Origin: Octopus bimaculoides
Taxonomy: Eukaryota
Length of the DNA: 64,000 nucleotides
Direction: 5' to 3'
NCBI RefSeq assembly: GCF_001194135.2
Contig: NC_068981.1
Coordinates: 128,993,236 to 129,057,235, forward strand
The notes under the pieces are model-generated. The model made no database searches and was not told the origin of the DNA. It worked only from the letters and a program-made list of their open reading frames with translations. Position numbers and translations under genes: made by a program. This document shows, in pieces, positions 40,039 to 53,920 of the stretch (position 1 is its first letter; the number at the start of each line of letters is the position of its first letter).

Positions 40039-40799
40039 CGAGAGATGACGATAAACCACAAGTTTATATTAGTTCCTTCGTACATTTCACCATATTTTGT
40101 TACTTAAGAAAGGAGTGTTTGCCAAACAGACATATCCTCCCAATGAATTTATAATCATATGTGTAAGAAATCACTTATTGCTAACCATTGCATTTATGTT
40201 TACCAGTATTTTAATACAGTGTTGCTATTGTTTGCTTGTATCAAATGGATGCATAGTTTAACTTTGAGATTTTGTCTGAAAAAGCTAAGCAAAGAATCTA
40301 CATTAACGTTCGAATTTCTAAGAATAGCAGCCGAATCTCCCTTAAATCTCATCCTACCGTCTTTATTAACAAGACAAGTTGGATAATGTATTCGTAGGTA
40401 TCTATAGAAAGCCAAGATGGTTCTGGTTTAGCATCTTTCAACGTAGAACTGTTTCATTAGGGCTGACATTGGTGTAATCATATTTATAGTAGCAAGATCA
40501 ACTTATAATTCAGGGCAGCTAAAGTTCATGAATCGTGTCGGATAAGATGCTACGTGTTACGTCACTGACATCTTTACCAGTGATTGTATATATATATGTA
40601 TATATACACAAACATACACATAGACACATAGACACATACATCCATGTATGTTTATGTGTGTATGTATATATGTTCATGTATGCATATGTTTCATATGCAT
40701 ATATGTACGTGTATGCATATACACACACACACACACATATATATAAATGTGTGTGTGTATTATATCACTGTATTGACTAACTATTGGGTGTTATACACC

Positions 40800-41045
40800 G
40801 CTGATCACATGCACTTCTTTGCATCGATGTAGCTTTCAAATATTGCTACCCCAATGGCTAGGCAGGCAGACCAACATTCCCTCTCAACAGAACATCAATC
40901 CGTCACAGGGGTACCGATTTACTGCTGAGTGGACTGTAGTAATGTGAAATGAAGTGTTCTGCTCACAAACACAACACACTGCTGGTCTACGAATCAAAAC
41001 AACAATCTTATGATTGTGAGTGCAACACCGTAACCACTAGGCCAT
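40800..41045 (-). mobile_element. tRNA-derived SINE, degenerate
   Basis: Minus-strand head tggcctagtggttacggtgttgcactcacaatcataag; body similar to 42815-43085 (+). Confidence 0.6.
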
Positions 41046-41514
41046 GCATGTTCACATGTATATGTACATATATGTGTATGTTAATGTGTATCTGTATATA
41101 TATGTGTGTGGGTGTATACATGTTTGTGTGTATATTTATATATCATCATTTAACATCTGTTGTCCTTGCTGGCATGGGCTGGACGGTTTGACTGGGCTGG
41201 CATGTTGGAAGGTTGTGCCAGACTCTAGTCTGACTTGGCATGGTTTTCTACAGCTGGATGCCCTTCCTAATGTCAACCACTCTGAGAGTGTAATAGGTGC
41301 TTTTACATGCCACCGGCATGAGTGCCACTTGTGTGACACTGGGGTTCGTTTACGTGCCACTGGTATGGATACCAGTTTGCATGACACCAGTATCTGCCAC
41401 AACTGCAATTTTGTATGTCTTGGGAAGAATAAGGTCATCTTCTTGCAAACAAAAAAAGACTCCTCAATTCATTGATATTTAGCATAGCCACTTATGGAGT
41501 TGGATTATTAAGAA

Positions 41515-41995
41515 AATTGATGTGCAGTGAGTGACAGTGTGCACGTACAGCAGAGTGTAAGCATCTTGAGAGACAAATTGGGCATAAGTGGCATCAGATG
41601 TGGTGTTCAAGAGAGAAGACTGCCCTGGTATAGTCATGACGGTCATGTGATGCATATGGATGAGGACAGTTGTGTAAAGAAGTGCTTACTCTAACTGTGG
41701 AGATAATCTGTGGAAGAGGTAGACCCAGGAAGATACGGGTTGAGGTGGTGAAACATGATCTTCGGATGTTGAATCTCATGGAGGCGATGATCAAGACTTT
41801 TGATGACTAGTTGTGCTTAAGAAGACATGTCAAGCCGAATGAAATTGTAGTTGTGGTCAGTAGTTGGCATTAAGAAGCATCCAGCCATAGAAACCAAGTC
41901 AAATCAGACTGGAGCCTAGTACAGCTTTCAGGCTCACCAGTCCCAGTCAAACTGTCTAACTCATGTCAGTGTGCAAAATGGATGATGATGAGGAT
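41515..41995 (+). mobile_element. RTE-clade LINE 3' end (ORF C-terminus plus 3' UTR tail)
   Basis: VQERRLPWY...GHVMHMDEDSCVKKC / CGRGRPRK...VVKHDLRML, followed by the ggcat..agaagcatccagcc...gatgatgatg tail family. Confidence 0.85.
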
Positions 41996-43479
41996 GAAAA
42001 TACAAGCATTTTCACAATGGATTTTAGACACATTCTTAGATTAAGTTGGACAGATAAAAGAGCTAATGAGTGGGGCCTTTGCAAGATAAAGTGCCAGGAA
42101 AGACTGTTAAACACTAAAAGGAAAAGAAAATAGACCTTCACAAGCCATATACTTAGAAGACAAGATCTTCACAAGTTCCTGTAAATAGATGTGACATGTG
42201 GCAAAAGAACAAGATTTAAAGATAACATCAAAGAAACACAGAACTGTACAGACTGACACAGGACAGATATGGATGGAGGGCTGCAGCGATTCATTTATTT
42301 GACACTTTTATCTAGAGAGAGGGAGGGAGAAAGATATATGTTTGTGTATATTTATACATATGCATGTGTGTGTGTATTAGGAAGAATATCCAGCTGTAGA
42401 AACCATGCCAAAACAGGCCTGGAGCCTGAACAGCTCTTCAGCTGGTCAGCTCCTGTCAAACTGTTCAACCCATGCCAGCAGGGAAAACAGATGTTAAATG
42501 ATGTTGATATAGATGTATATTTGTGTTGCCTCATCATGACAGTGTGATAGTTGCAAATGAGTGTCATTCATTTCCAGTATTCTTCAAGGATATGCCTGGC
42601 CATGGGGTTAATACTACCTTTTTTGGAAACAGGTAAGGGTCATTGACATCCAACCATAGAAAATCTGCCTCCATAAGCTCTGCTTGATCCATGCAAGCAT
42701 AGAAAAGTGGATGTTAAAGTGACGATGATAATATACATATGTATATTTATTAGAACTAACAGGATAAATAGAACTCAATATATGAGTATATATATTTTAT
42801 TTTTCATAATCAGTGAAGCACATGGCCTAGTGGTTAGGATGTTACACTTACAATTACAAGGTCATGGGTTTCATTCCCAGACTGAGTGATACATTGTGTT
42901 CTTCAGCAAAACACTTCATCTTGTGTCGCTCTATGATTACTTTGTCCATCAGACGTGTGGTATACTGTGTACCTGTACAGGTAATGTTGATTTAATGGAT
43001 GGAATGAGCTAATGTGCAGCATGAACGTCTGATCATTATAGACAAATCATCCAAGCAGATTTGTTCCACAAGAAATTGCAGAAACAGCTTTCTTGGACTT
43101 GAAAGACTACCATACATAATCAGCAGAATTTAGAAAGTGACTCAAGGCCATGCATGAAACTCTTGGCCCTTGATTACTTTGTAACTTCTACTGAATAATA
43201 AAATATATGGATTTATATTAATATCATCATCATTGTTTTAAATCCACTTTTCTATGCTTGCCTGGGTCAGAAGGTATTTGTTATTGCAGATTTGCTACTG
43301 CTGGATGTCATTCCTATCACCAACTAACACCTGTTTCCAAGCAAGGTATTTCACCATGCCTGGACATATTTTCAGATAACTAACATCACTTGTGTGACTA
43401 ATACTTTTTTATAACTAAAGGAAGGTGTCTAGGCAAGGAGACTCAAACAAATCCACATGCATGTATATATATTTATATT

Positions 43480-43521
<42 letters not shown>

Positions 43522-43669
43522 CACTTTATTATAAAAGTTGCAAAATATTCACAGAATTGTTACTCAATTTCGTATTTGAGTACTATTTTTTCCACATTGT
43601 TTTGCACCTATGTGCCTCTGTGTGTGTGTATATATATATATATATGTGTGTGCTTATATGTGTATGTCG

Positions 43670-44040
43670 GCACAGTTGTGGCTGTGTGGTAAGAAGTTTG
43701 CTTCCCAACCACATGGATCCAGGTTCAGTTCCACTGTGTGGCACCATGGGCAAATGTCTACTATAGCCTCAGGTTGATCAAAGCCTTGTGAGTGAATTTG
43801 GTAGATGGAAATTGAAAGAAGCCCGTCATATATATATATCTGTGTTTGTCCCCCACTCCCTATCACTGCTTGACAACCAGTATTAATTAGTGTGTTGACA
43901 TCCCTGTAACTTGGCAGTTCAGCAAAAGAGACCAAGAGAATACTAGGCTTCAAAATATAAGTTCTGGAGTCAATTTGTTCAACTAAAACACCTCAAGGTG
44001 GTGGTCCAGCATGCCCACAGTCATATGACTGAAACAAGAA
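43670..44040 (+). mobile_element. SINE family B copy
   Basis: Head gtggctgtgtggtaagaagtttgcttcccaacc...; tail ccagcatg...actgaaacaag. Confidence 0.8.
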
Positions 44041-44088
44041 AAAGAAAACACACACACCTCGAGGGTATCCAACGAGGGTAACCTCGTT

Positions 44089-44391
44089 GTATAACGCAAC
44101 GAGGTTGGCGATTTCAGCCCCATCAAAGCTCCACATAGAGACATCAAACAATGGATCACCATTTTTCTTCACCCAGAAGGAATTGTTATAGACCAGAGTT
44201 GACTTTTTAGCATTCATGATGATTCTGATGTCAGGATCACTTATGTTGGTAGATTGTTCAGCAAAAGTTAAGGCCTTCAGGAGGAGTTGATAGTATCAAG
44301 GATAGGCTTGCTAATGATATCTATCTTGCTTTTGAAGAGATTGATCAGCCTGCATTTGGGAGAAATTAAGCTTATGGTCCTTAAGTGTAAT
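44089..44391 (-). mobile_element. Penelope-like element reverse transcriptase fragment
   Basis: ITLKDHK..FSPKCRLINLFKSKIDIISKPILD, and IIMNAKKSTLVYNNSFWVKKNGDPLFDVSMWSFDGAEIANLVALY (PLE motif FDVTMGSxDGAE). Confidence 0.85.
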
Positions 44392-45495
44392 ATGGTGGGG
44401 TCGTGTGGTGAGGCAGTCCACATGATCCTAGGCACAGAAATGGCTAAGAAATTTACTCCCAAATGATATGGTTTCTGGTTCACTTCCATTACATGGCACT
44501 TTGGATGTCTTCTACTATACTCCTGGGTTGACCTAGCCTTGTGAGTGGATTTGGTTGGTGGAAGCTGAAATGATCCATTACACACACACACATATTCATA
44601 TATGCTTGTGTATGTATCACATGATAGTTCTTAAATGAGTGTTACTGTCATATAAGCAGTTTTATTCATTTCCAATATTCTGTGTAAACACATTTGGCCA
44701 TTGGAAATTATTACTTTGCTCGGAAACATGAGAATCAGCAACAGGAGAGGCATCCAGCCATAAAAAATTTGCCAAAATAACCTTCATGCAAGCATAGAAA
44801 AATAGACATTTAAATGATAGATATGTGTGTGTGTATTGAAAAATTGCTATTTCAAATGAGATAGCATAATAGTTAATCAATGCTTAGAACTCTATGTAAA
44901 GCCATGTATATCCAAATTCCAATCAGGTATAAACATAATTTGTCCTCTGGTTTTCTTTTGGTAGTTTACAGTGTTAATCTGGGAGCAGAATAAAACAGAT
45001 TCAGTTTATTTTTTATCATAGCATTGTAAATTACAGACTCTTTACATGTGCTTTACCAGCGATTACTTGTATGTTGTAATTGTTATGTAGATGATTGCAT
45101 AATCACATTGAAATGCAAGATCTTCGGAAGAAAGTGGTAATTTAATCCATGGTTATTTACCGGCCTTACTTGGTTGGTGATGTTAAATATGAACTATTGT
45201 GTAAATTTAGGAGAATGTTCTTTGTACAATAGTTCAGGAAAGAGGAAGGTTATATATTTTTATTTTGTCAGTGAGATAAATATAGAGAAAAAAACAAATG
45301 AAAAGTAATAATGGTAGTTGAGATATTGAAGGAAAAATGGAAATTCAACACTTGAACTGTTATGGATCAAAGTAAATTTTAACTTATCAATGGTAAATTG
45401 TTCAGAAGTTAGTGTAAAGAAAAAGAAGCTGGAATTCAGTATATTAAAAATAAATGTATGTACTTCTCACACATGCATGTTCTCACACCCATATA

Positions 45496-46767
45496 TCAGG
45501 TTCAATAAAAAGTAAGCAACATTTTGAACCATGAAGAATTTGTACTGGATAATTGCAGAGTTTTGAATTTTTTTTAAACGTGTTTTTGCAATTGTCTGAT
45601 AATACAGACATAGATTTGCTCAAATACATCAATAAATTAACATTGATATTTTTTCACCGTTGTTACAATCATCTGAAATGGAACTGTCAAAGCACGATAT
45701 TCAAGCAATTTTGCTATTCAACTTCAAAAAAGGATGTAAAGCAGCTGAAACTGCTCGCAATATCAGTGAAACATTTGGTGAGGAAATGACCAGTGAGTGG
45801 TCAGCTCAAAAATGGTTTTGGTTTAAACGATTTCACAGTAGAAACCTGAGCCTTGAAGATCGTGAGAGTTGTAGACACACATCTGTCACCAATGACGGTC
45901 AATTAAAGACCGTCATTCAGAAAAATCCCTGTAAAAACCACTTGAGAACTGGCAAAAGAACTTCAAGTTAGCCAGAAATCTGCCTGCAACCATTTGCATG
46001 CAAATGGAAAAGCAAAAAAGCTTGACAAATGGGTACCACACGATTTGAATGAAAATCAGAAAATGCACAGATATAAAATTTGCTTGTTGCTTCTCTGTAA
46101 CCAGACCAATCCATTTCTCAGCGGTATTGTAACTTGCAATGAAAAGTGAATTCTATACAATAATAAAAAAACGTTTTTTGCAGTGGTTGAACCAAAATGA
46201 AGCACCAAAAACCTTCTCTAAACCCAAGCTCTTTAAAAAGAAGATTATGGTGACTTTGGTGGTGTACTGCTGGACTCGTCCACTGTAACTCCTTAAAACC
46301 ATTACTTTTTAAAACATATTGCCATGAAATTGCCAAAAAGAATGAAAAACTGCTACTCCTCCATCCCAGACTGGTCAATAGAAGAGGGCCAATCATTCTT
46401 CATGACAATGCTTGACTACACATTTCACTAATGATGCTCCAGAAGTTGAGGGAACTTGGCTACAAAGTTCTTTCCCACCCAGCTTATTTCCCACACCTTT
46501 CTCCTACTGACTACCACTTTTTCAAGCACCTTGATGGTTTCCTGCAAGAGAAGGAGTTAAAAAATCAAACCGATGCTGAAAGTGCGTTCAAAGAGTTCAT
46601 CAGCTCTAGAACTCCAGATTTTTACATTACTGGAATAAACTTGTAACTTGGCAAAAATGTGTTGATTGTAATGGTACTTGCTTTGATGAATAAAATTTCT
46701 ACATTGTTGAAATATATTGTGATGAATTTCATGTTTCAAAACGTTGCTTACTTTTTACTCAGCCTGA
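45496..46767 (+). mobile_element. Full-length (1272 bp) decayed mariner transposon, DD34D type
   Basis: TIRs TCAGGTTCAATAAAAAGTAAGCAACATTTTGAA / TTCAAAACGTTGCTTACTTTTTACTCAGCCTGA with TA on both sides; ORF ATG 45678 to TAA 46693 with WVPHDL, VTCNEK*, LHDNA*, YFPHLSPTDYHFF; stops and frameshifts. Confidence 0.95.
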
Positions 46768-47694
46768 TACAGTTTTAACATTTTATTTACTTACACCTAC
46801 CAAAATATGATTATAACTGTACATCTGAGCATACACATATACAAAAGGTAGTGTAAGTTTAAATATGCACTCACATGCATGTATACACAGTTAATCTCTA
46901 CCTCTTCAAACAAAACATTTTTGCAGATATTGTAGAATATGGTAACTCTTATAAAATGAATAAGTATAATGATATATAACATAAACTCTTGGAGTTACCC
47001 TATAAATCTGTATATCCCTAAAACGTGAGATTCAAAATGTGGTAAGCAATGCTACAAAATCTGTAAGACCCACAACTTTTCATTTCTTTGATCCCAAAAG
47101 GATGAAAGTAAAGTCGTCCTTGATGGAACTTTAACTCAGAATGTAAAAATAGGTAAAATGCTGCTTATTATTTTGTCTGGTGTGCTGACAATTCTTCCAT
47201 CTCACTGCCTATAATAATAATGATTTCAAATGTTAATTATTTTATTAACCCCAAAAGGATGAAAGGCAAAGTTGACCCCAGTGACATTTGAACTCAGACC
47301 ATAAAGATGATGAAATGCCGTTGAGCATTTTGTCCGGTGTGCTAACAATTCTGTCAGTTCATTGCCTATAATAATGGTGCCACATAAAAAGCACCCAGTA
47401 CACTCTGTAAAGTGGTTGGCATTAGGAAGGGCATCCAGCCATAGAAATAAAGCTAAAACAGACTGTGAAACCTGGTGCAGACCCTGGCCTTGCTAGTTCC
47501 TATCAAGCCATCCAACATGCTAGCATGAAAAATGGATGTTAAATGTTGATGATGATGATGACATACATGAATTCAACCTCTTTACAATAAGTACTATGGT
47601 TGATTTGTTCGAATAAAACCCTTCAAGGCAGTGCCCCAGCATGGCTGCAGTCTAATGACTGAAACAAGTAAAAGATAAGATGTATGTATTTGTG

Positions 47695-47739
<45 letters not shown>

Positions 47740-48175
47740 NNNNNNNNNNTATCGGTGAGAACTCTGCCAAATTAGATTGGAGCCTGGTGTTGCCATCCGG
47801 TTTCACCAGTCCTCAGTCAAATCGTCCAACCCATGCTAGCATGGAAGGCGGACATTAAACGATGATGATGATGAACTATATATACATACATGGTTAGAAC
47901 TATATATACATACACACACACATATAAATCATTGGCCAAATCATTTAAGTTTATCTAAAACAGGTTTGGTAAGTTCTCAGAATTTGTTTTTTTTTCTTTC
48001 TCTGTCTGTTTCTCCTTGAGACAGGTGCATGTATATATTGTTGTTTCATATGAAGAGATAAAGATTAACGATGTGTATATGTGGACATAAATTTGAATTT
48101 ACACTACTTTACATAAATGTATATATTAAGTCGCAAATATACACATGTTGGTATGTGAAAGTAAATAAAAAGTTA

Positions 48176-48580
48176 TGTACAAGATCTGATCAAAAGGTGT
48201 CAGGACTAGTGCTATAAAAAGAAAACTAAAACACATATCAATTTGGCATTTAATCTCCTTTGAAGTAGTTCCCTTTTGAAGCCATATGCTTTATCCTGAG
48301 TCATTTCCATTGATAGAAACATTCCTGGACCTCCTTTTTTGAAATAATGAGCAGCTTCCTCATCACATTTTCTTGGATGTTTTCAATGTCTCAAAATCCT
48401 GTTCTTTTCAAGTGGGATTTGATTTTTGGAAAGTTTCTTGGCTATAATAAACTTCAAACTGTATCTCTTTCCATGCACGCACACACACAATTTTCCCTGC
48501 CATGGTCACTGATAGAACCTCTGTGGTGTTGCGAGACAACCACGCCTTTCACATTTTACTGCCAACCACTGCAATAAACA
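48176..48580. mobile_element. Mariner-derived non-autonomous fragment
   Basis: Starts tacaagatctgatcaaaaggtgtcaggact (mariner-like terminus); second terminus not identified. Confidence 0.4.
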
Positions 48581-49494
48581 ACAGAAATGAGCAAGAATGT
48601 TATAACAAGTTTAAGGTCAATCTGAGCCAAGCAGCTCAACTCTGCATACTTCAACTCCGCTTCCATAGTAGCAGTCTTAATACATTTTTATCAGATCTCA
48701 TATGTATATATGTCTGTGTGAGCAACCATGCACATGTGTATATAGTGAGTAGATATGTACGTCTGCTTCTTAAAAACAAAATTCCAGCCTCTTTTTTTGA
48801 TATTACAAGTTTCTGAACCATTTATCATTGTGAACTTGGAATTAATCTTTGATCTCTGACAGTTTAGGCGTTGAAATTCTATTTTTTCCTTTGACATCTT
48901 GACTACAGCTATTACTCTCCCTTCTTTATCTTTATTTCATTGTGATAAAATAAAAATAATAACCTTCCTTTTCTTAAATGTTACATATAAAGTAAGTTCT
49001 AAATAAACGCAGTTCTTATTCAACATTGCCGTCCAGATAAGGTTGGTAAATAACTATGGATTAAATTACTATCTTCTTCTGAAGATCTGGCATTTCAATG
49101 TGATTGTGCAATCATCTATGTAACAATTACTGCAGAACACACTAATATTTGCTGGTGAACAATGTGTTAAGATTATGTAATTTATAATGAAAAGATTAAC
49201 TAAATCTGTTTTATTTTCCTCTCGTACAGTATATGTATACACACACACACACACAGGGTTGGCCAAGAGTCACCTAACAGTATATCAAAACCATTTAATT
49301 CCAAAATTTATTTGTATTTAAACAACTGAATGAATTTAATAAAAGCATTTAAATATGAAACATGAAAATTGTTCAAACTGAAGTCCTTCTTGAGCGATAC
49401 CTTTTTGCATTCAAGTCAATACAGAATTATAGATATACATAGTTCTGATTAGGCAGTACATTCTACATTGATAGTTTACCAGTTGGTACTGTGT

Positions 49495-49830
49495 GAAGGC
49501 ACATAGCTCAGTGGTTAGAGCATCGGGCTTACAATCACGAGTTAGTGAGTTTGATTCCAGGACTAGAGTGTGTGTTTTGCTCTTGATCAAGACACTTTAT
49601 TTCACATTACTCCAGTTCACTCAGGTGTATAAATGAGTTGCAACATCACTGGTGCCAAGCTGTATTGGCATTTGCCTTTCCCTTGGATGACATCAGTGGC
49701 GTGGAGAGGGGAAGCTGGTATGCATGGGCGACTGCTGGTTTTCCATGAACATCTTTGCCCGGATTTGTGCCTCGGAGGGTAACTTTCTAGGTGCAATCTC
49801 ATGGTCATTCATGACAGAAGGGGGTCTTTA
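49495..49830 (+). mobile_element. tRNA-derived SINE (sister of 12880-13222)
   Basis: ggcacatagctcagtggttagagc...gagtttgattcc head and shared body to gggggtct. Confidence 0.85.
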
Positions 49831-50889
49831 CCCTTTACTTTCACAACATTTTAGTCACTTGGAACTTGTAAAGAAGCTGGTTTTAGGTCAACAGTTGTAG
49901 CTACTCCTGTCATCTGTGTTCATGTTCAAATGCTCTCTCCATATATGTACATTGCATTACAGCTCCTGTGACATGTTATGTGATGATTCTATTTCCTATA
50001 GTCCAACACTAGTCTTACCTTGTTCTTTGTTAGCTGAGCTACTTTCTTCAATGGCAGTTACCTCATCAAAATTCCAAACCTACAAAACAATGCAAGATTA
50101 ATTCAAAACATGTGAATAAATACTTTGGACAGAATAATGTGATCACTAAAGAGTTAAACTTTCATTCTTCCATTTATCATCTTCCTCAGGAGTTGTTATT
50201 CTTTGTTTCCCTAACTCTAATTATATTCTTCTCTCAATTCTATCATTTCTTTCTCTCTTCCACTCCTTTCTCTCCCTGTTCTCTTACCATTACTCCTATT
50301 CTTTTTACTGGGACTTTCTACATTTGCCATACATTGTCACAATGACTGACACATTTATTTTTATTTTATTTTCTATTTCTCCTTTCTCTTCTGAGTCACT
50401 CTACTTCCTCTTTCTTTCTGCTCCCTCTCTTTCCCTTTTCTCTCTTCCTTATCTTGTCTACATTTTATTGTTTATGTTTTAATTTGTTTCTTCTCTTTTC
50501 CCTTTATTTATTTATAAATACTTTATCAACCAACATACATTTAAATGTAAGAAGCTTTATTTCCACCAAATTTTTAATATATATTAGCCTATATTTTATA
50601 ATGGACATTGTTTTTTTTTTCCTTTTGAAAACCAGCAGTGCAAAACATAATTATTATGTGTGTGTACATATATATATATGTGTGTATCCCTGTCAATTGC
50701 TCTTTAATCTTTCAGCACTTAATCGTTTTATTGAAACCTTTAACTGTTTTATGCATTTTAAAAAACTGTCCATTGATATTTATATCTTGAACATCAAAAA
50801 TTCAGAATCTACAAAGCATTTTTTTTAAAGTTTGTTTTAAGTTGTTTTTTTTTAATTATAATTTTTTTTTTAATTTAAAGTTTTGCAAA

Positions 50890-50920
<31 letters not shown>

Positions 50921-51173
50921 NNNNNNNNNNNNNNNNNNNNNNNNNNNNNNNNNNNNNNNNNNNNNNNNNNNNNNNNNNNNNNNNNNNNNNNNNNNNNNNN
51001 NNNNNNNNNNNNNNNNNNNNNNNNNNNNNNNNNNNNNNNNNNNNNNNNNNNNNNNNNNNNNNNNNNNNNNNNNNNNNNNNNNNNNNNNNNNATAGATAGA
51101 TAGATATATTACATTTACATTATGTATATTGTATTTCCATCCTTAATAAACTAAAATATATATATGCAAACGT

Positions 51174-51585
51174 ACAGGTGTAGTTGTGTGGTAAGAAGTT
51201 TTCTTCCCAACAACATGACTCCAGGTTCACTCCCACTGCTGTGTGGCACTTCCGCAAGTGTCTTCTGCTCGGGTCAACCAATGCCTTGTGAGTGGATTTG
51301 GTAGATGGAAACTGAAAGAAGCCTGTTGTGTTTGTGTGTGTGTGTACACATAGATAGATAGATATACAAACATTTATGTGTGTCTGTGTTTGTCCCCTGT
51401 TGCTGCTTGACAGCCGGTGTTGGTGTGTTTACGTCCCCATAACTTAGTGCTTTGGCCAAAGAGACCAATAGAATAAGTACCAGACTTAAAAAGAAAATAA
51501 GTACTGCGGTTGATTAGTTTGACCAAAATTTCTCAAAGTGGTACTCCAGCATGGCCATAGTTTAGTGATTGAAACAAAAAGTGAA
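51174..51585 (+). mobile_element. SINE family B copy
   Basis: Aligns with 43670-44040 and the reverse complement of 63563-63930. Confidence 0.8.
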
Positions 51586-51920
51586 AGAGAAATGCAATAT
51601 GTATATTATAAACCTCAAATGCAAACTGAATACATATTCAAAAAAGAAAGAGTACTAGGGTTCTCAATCTCTGAAACCCTCATCTGTCTCTGTTTTTAAT
51701 GAAAAAGGAACATTTTTAAAATTAAAATACCTGTTTTTGGCAGATTCTGAATCTCTGATGTTCAAAACATAATAACATAATAATTCAAATAGCTTTTTTT
51801 TTTATATCATAATCAAAAAGTTGGAAGATTTAAACAATCCATGTCAAAGCAAATAGGTGTCACTCTCTCTCTATTCTTTACTCATTTCTCCCTATCTTAC
51901 TGTTTGCATCATTCTATCAG

Positions 51921-51952
<32 letters not shown>

Positions 51953-52039
51953 TCTTATTTCTCTCACTCACACANNNNNNNNNNTATTTCTCTCACTCAC
52001 ACACACCAAAAATCTTACGAAGCAAATACAAAAACTAAG

Positions 52040-52330
52040 TAAAACCTTTCTGTCTTTAATAAGATTACTTTAGGCCCCATCAGTTCTATGTCTTACATCC
52101 AGATTTGGAATGCATTATCCAATTCTTCAATGGATTCAGCTATGAGAAGTAAGTCATCAATATACAGAAGTTTCCATGAACAGCCAGTCTTAAACTTCCA
52201 TGTCAGAACTGGAAAACTGTAATAAATATGAAAGACTTGGGAACTGAGCTTTGATTGACATCAACCTGCATGCTAAATTCTTACTGACCTCATTGCTAAC
52301 TCTAATCTCGTATGCATGCATGTTTGTGCA
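52040..52330 (-). mobile_element. RTE-clade reverse transcriptase fragment
   Basis: GCSWKLLYIDDLLLIAESIEELD (YADD box variant); upstream QSSVPKSF corresponds to QGSVLSP. Confidence 0.8.
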
Positions 52331-53855
52331 TACAGGCATCCCCTGCATAATGGAAGCATTGCATTCTTGAAAATCTTGCCATAATACTAAATTCACTTTT
52401 CCGTTGACTGACTTCCATGTTAAAAATGGTAGTAAATGGGGAAAATAGTTTTTGTGTGGAATTCCACATTATAGCAAGAATTTCAGGAATGTAATGTTTC
52501 CACAAAATGAGGGGATGTCTTTATAGTGATGTACGTTCATATGTACGTATACATATACACTTCAACTTCTTGTCCTAACAGTTTAATTTGCAGGAGCTGA
52601 AGATGTGTAATAGGAAAAAGTAATGGTCTGGTCAGTTTTTTAAACCAGTATGAATGCAATAAATGGAGTGGTTTTTTTTTTTTTGTAAATTCTTATTATA
52701 TTTATTTATTTATTTATTTATTTTGTAAAAAGATGTCTTTCAAGAAATTGTATGCCTCCTTTACAAGACGCTAAGAAAAACAATTGATTTCTCTCTCTTC
52801 AAGCTGACAGTTCATGCTATACTTCTAGTACACTGTTTCTAATCGAGAAAGGGGAATGAGAATTGCAAAAAAGGGTGGACAAGTTGCTTTGCAACATACC
52901 AAAGAAGGAAGAAGTATATGGAAACAAACTCTATTTGTCTTCTCATTAATAAAGAGTGGGGCAAATTATTTCCATAATGTAGTTGAGGAGTGGGGGCTGA
53001 GTTTGTCAGTCTGTGGACCACTGCTCCATTACATACACTGCTGCTTTAGAATGTTCCCTCTTCTCAGTGGCCTTTGCTTATGCATTGCTTCATTTCAAAT
53101 TAGCTGCCTTTATAATAATAAACATATTGTGTCTGGCTTACATCATAATTACATAGCATCAGATTTGTTTACATGGCAACATATTTGGAGGTTTATTTAT
53201 AGCTGGCACAACCATAGAGTTTTGCTTTCCCAATTTCAAAAGCTTTTTAATTGGCATGTTAAATACAAATAAGGAAAGTCTGCAAATTTAAATTTGGTAC
53301 CAAAACTAATCTGTGTAACTTGTTTGTATTAATGTCCCAGCCAAAGCATATATCTAATATATGCGGAACAGAATTGCTTCAAATATTGAATAAAACAATG
53401 AAAGCTAAATTATAATGTGAACTGTTCTTTTCCTTTCCCCATTTTTTTTTCAGTTTTTAATTTGTATCTAGTTCTTTTATTGGTTAAACATGTATGATTT
53501 GGATAGCACTTCTTTCTTTTGATTGCCCCAGAAGTTGTAAAAAATCAGTGTGAAGAACAATCTAAAACAAGGATCAACAATTTGTGTGTATTAAGGGTCT
53601 GTGGATTGGAAATGAAATTTTTTTTCTGAAATGCTAAGAAGAGGAGTTATTTGCCTTTCTGATCAGCAGATCACATTTCTACAAATAGTTTTGGAAATGA
53701 GAACTAAATTGTTAATGAGGCATTCTTGAATGTCTGTGATGCCAGAAAATGGTAGAGTATTGAATCAACTGAAATCTACATTACGGCTGTTACTCTTCCA
53801 TCAAGGATGAGGAATTGACTTTTAAATTTCAATATTTTCCTGTTGGTTCTTGTAG

Positions 53856-53920
53856 ATGCAATAGTAAAATCCCAATATATGTAGGTTCTGAGTCTGGTGA
53901 TTATGATGATATTGATGTTG
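53856..53920 (+). other. Candidate 5'-leader exon of KLHL20
   Basis: Acceptor ttttcctgttggttcttgtag|, donor TTG|GTAAGT; 65 nt. A second TTG|GTAAGT donor lies at 54153. Confidence 0.45.
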
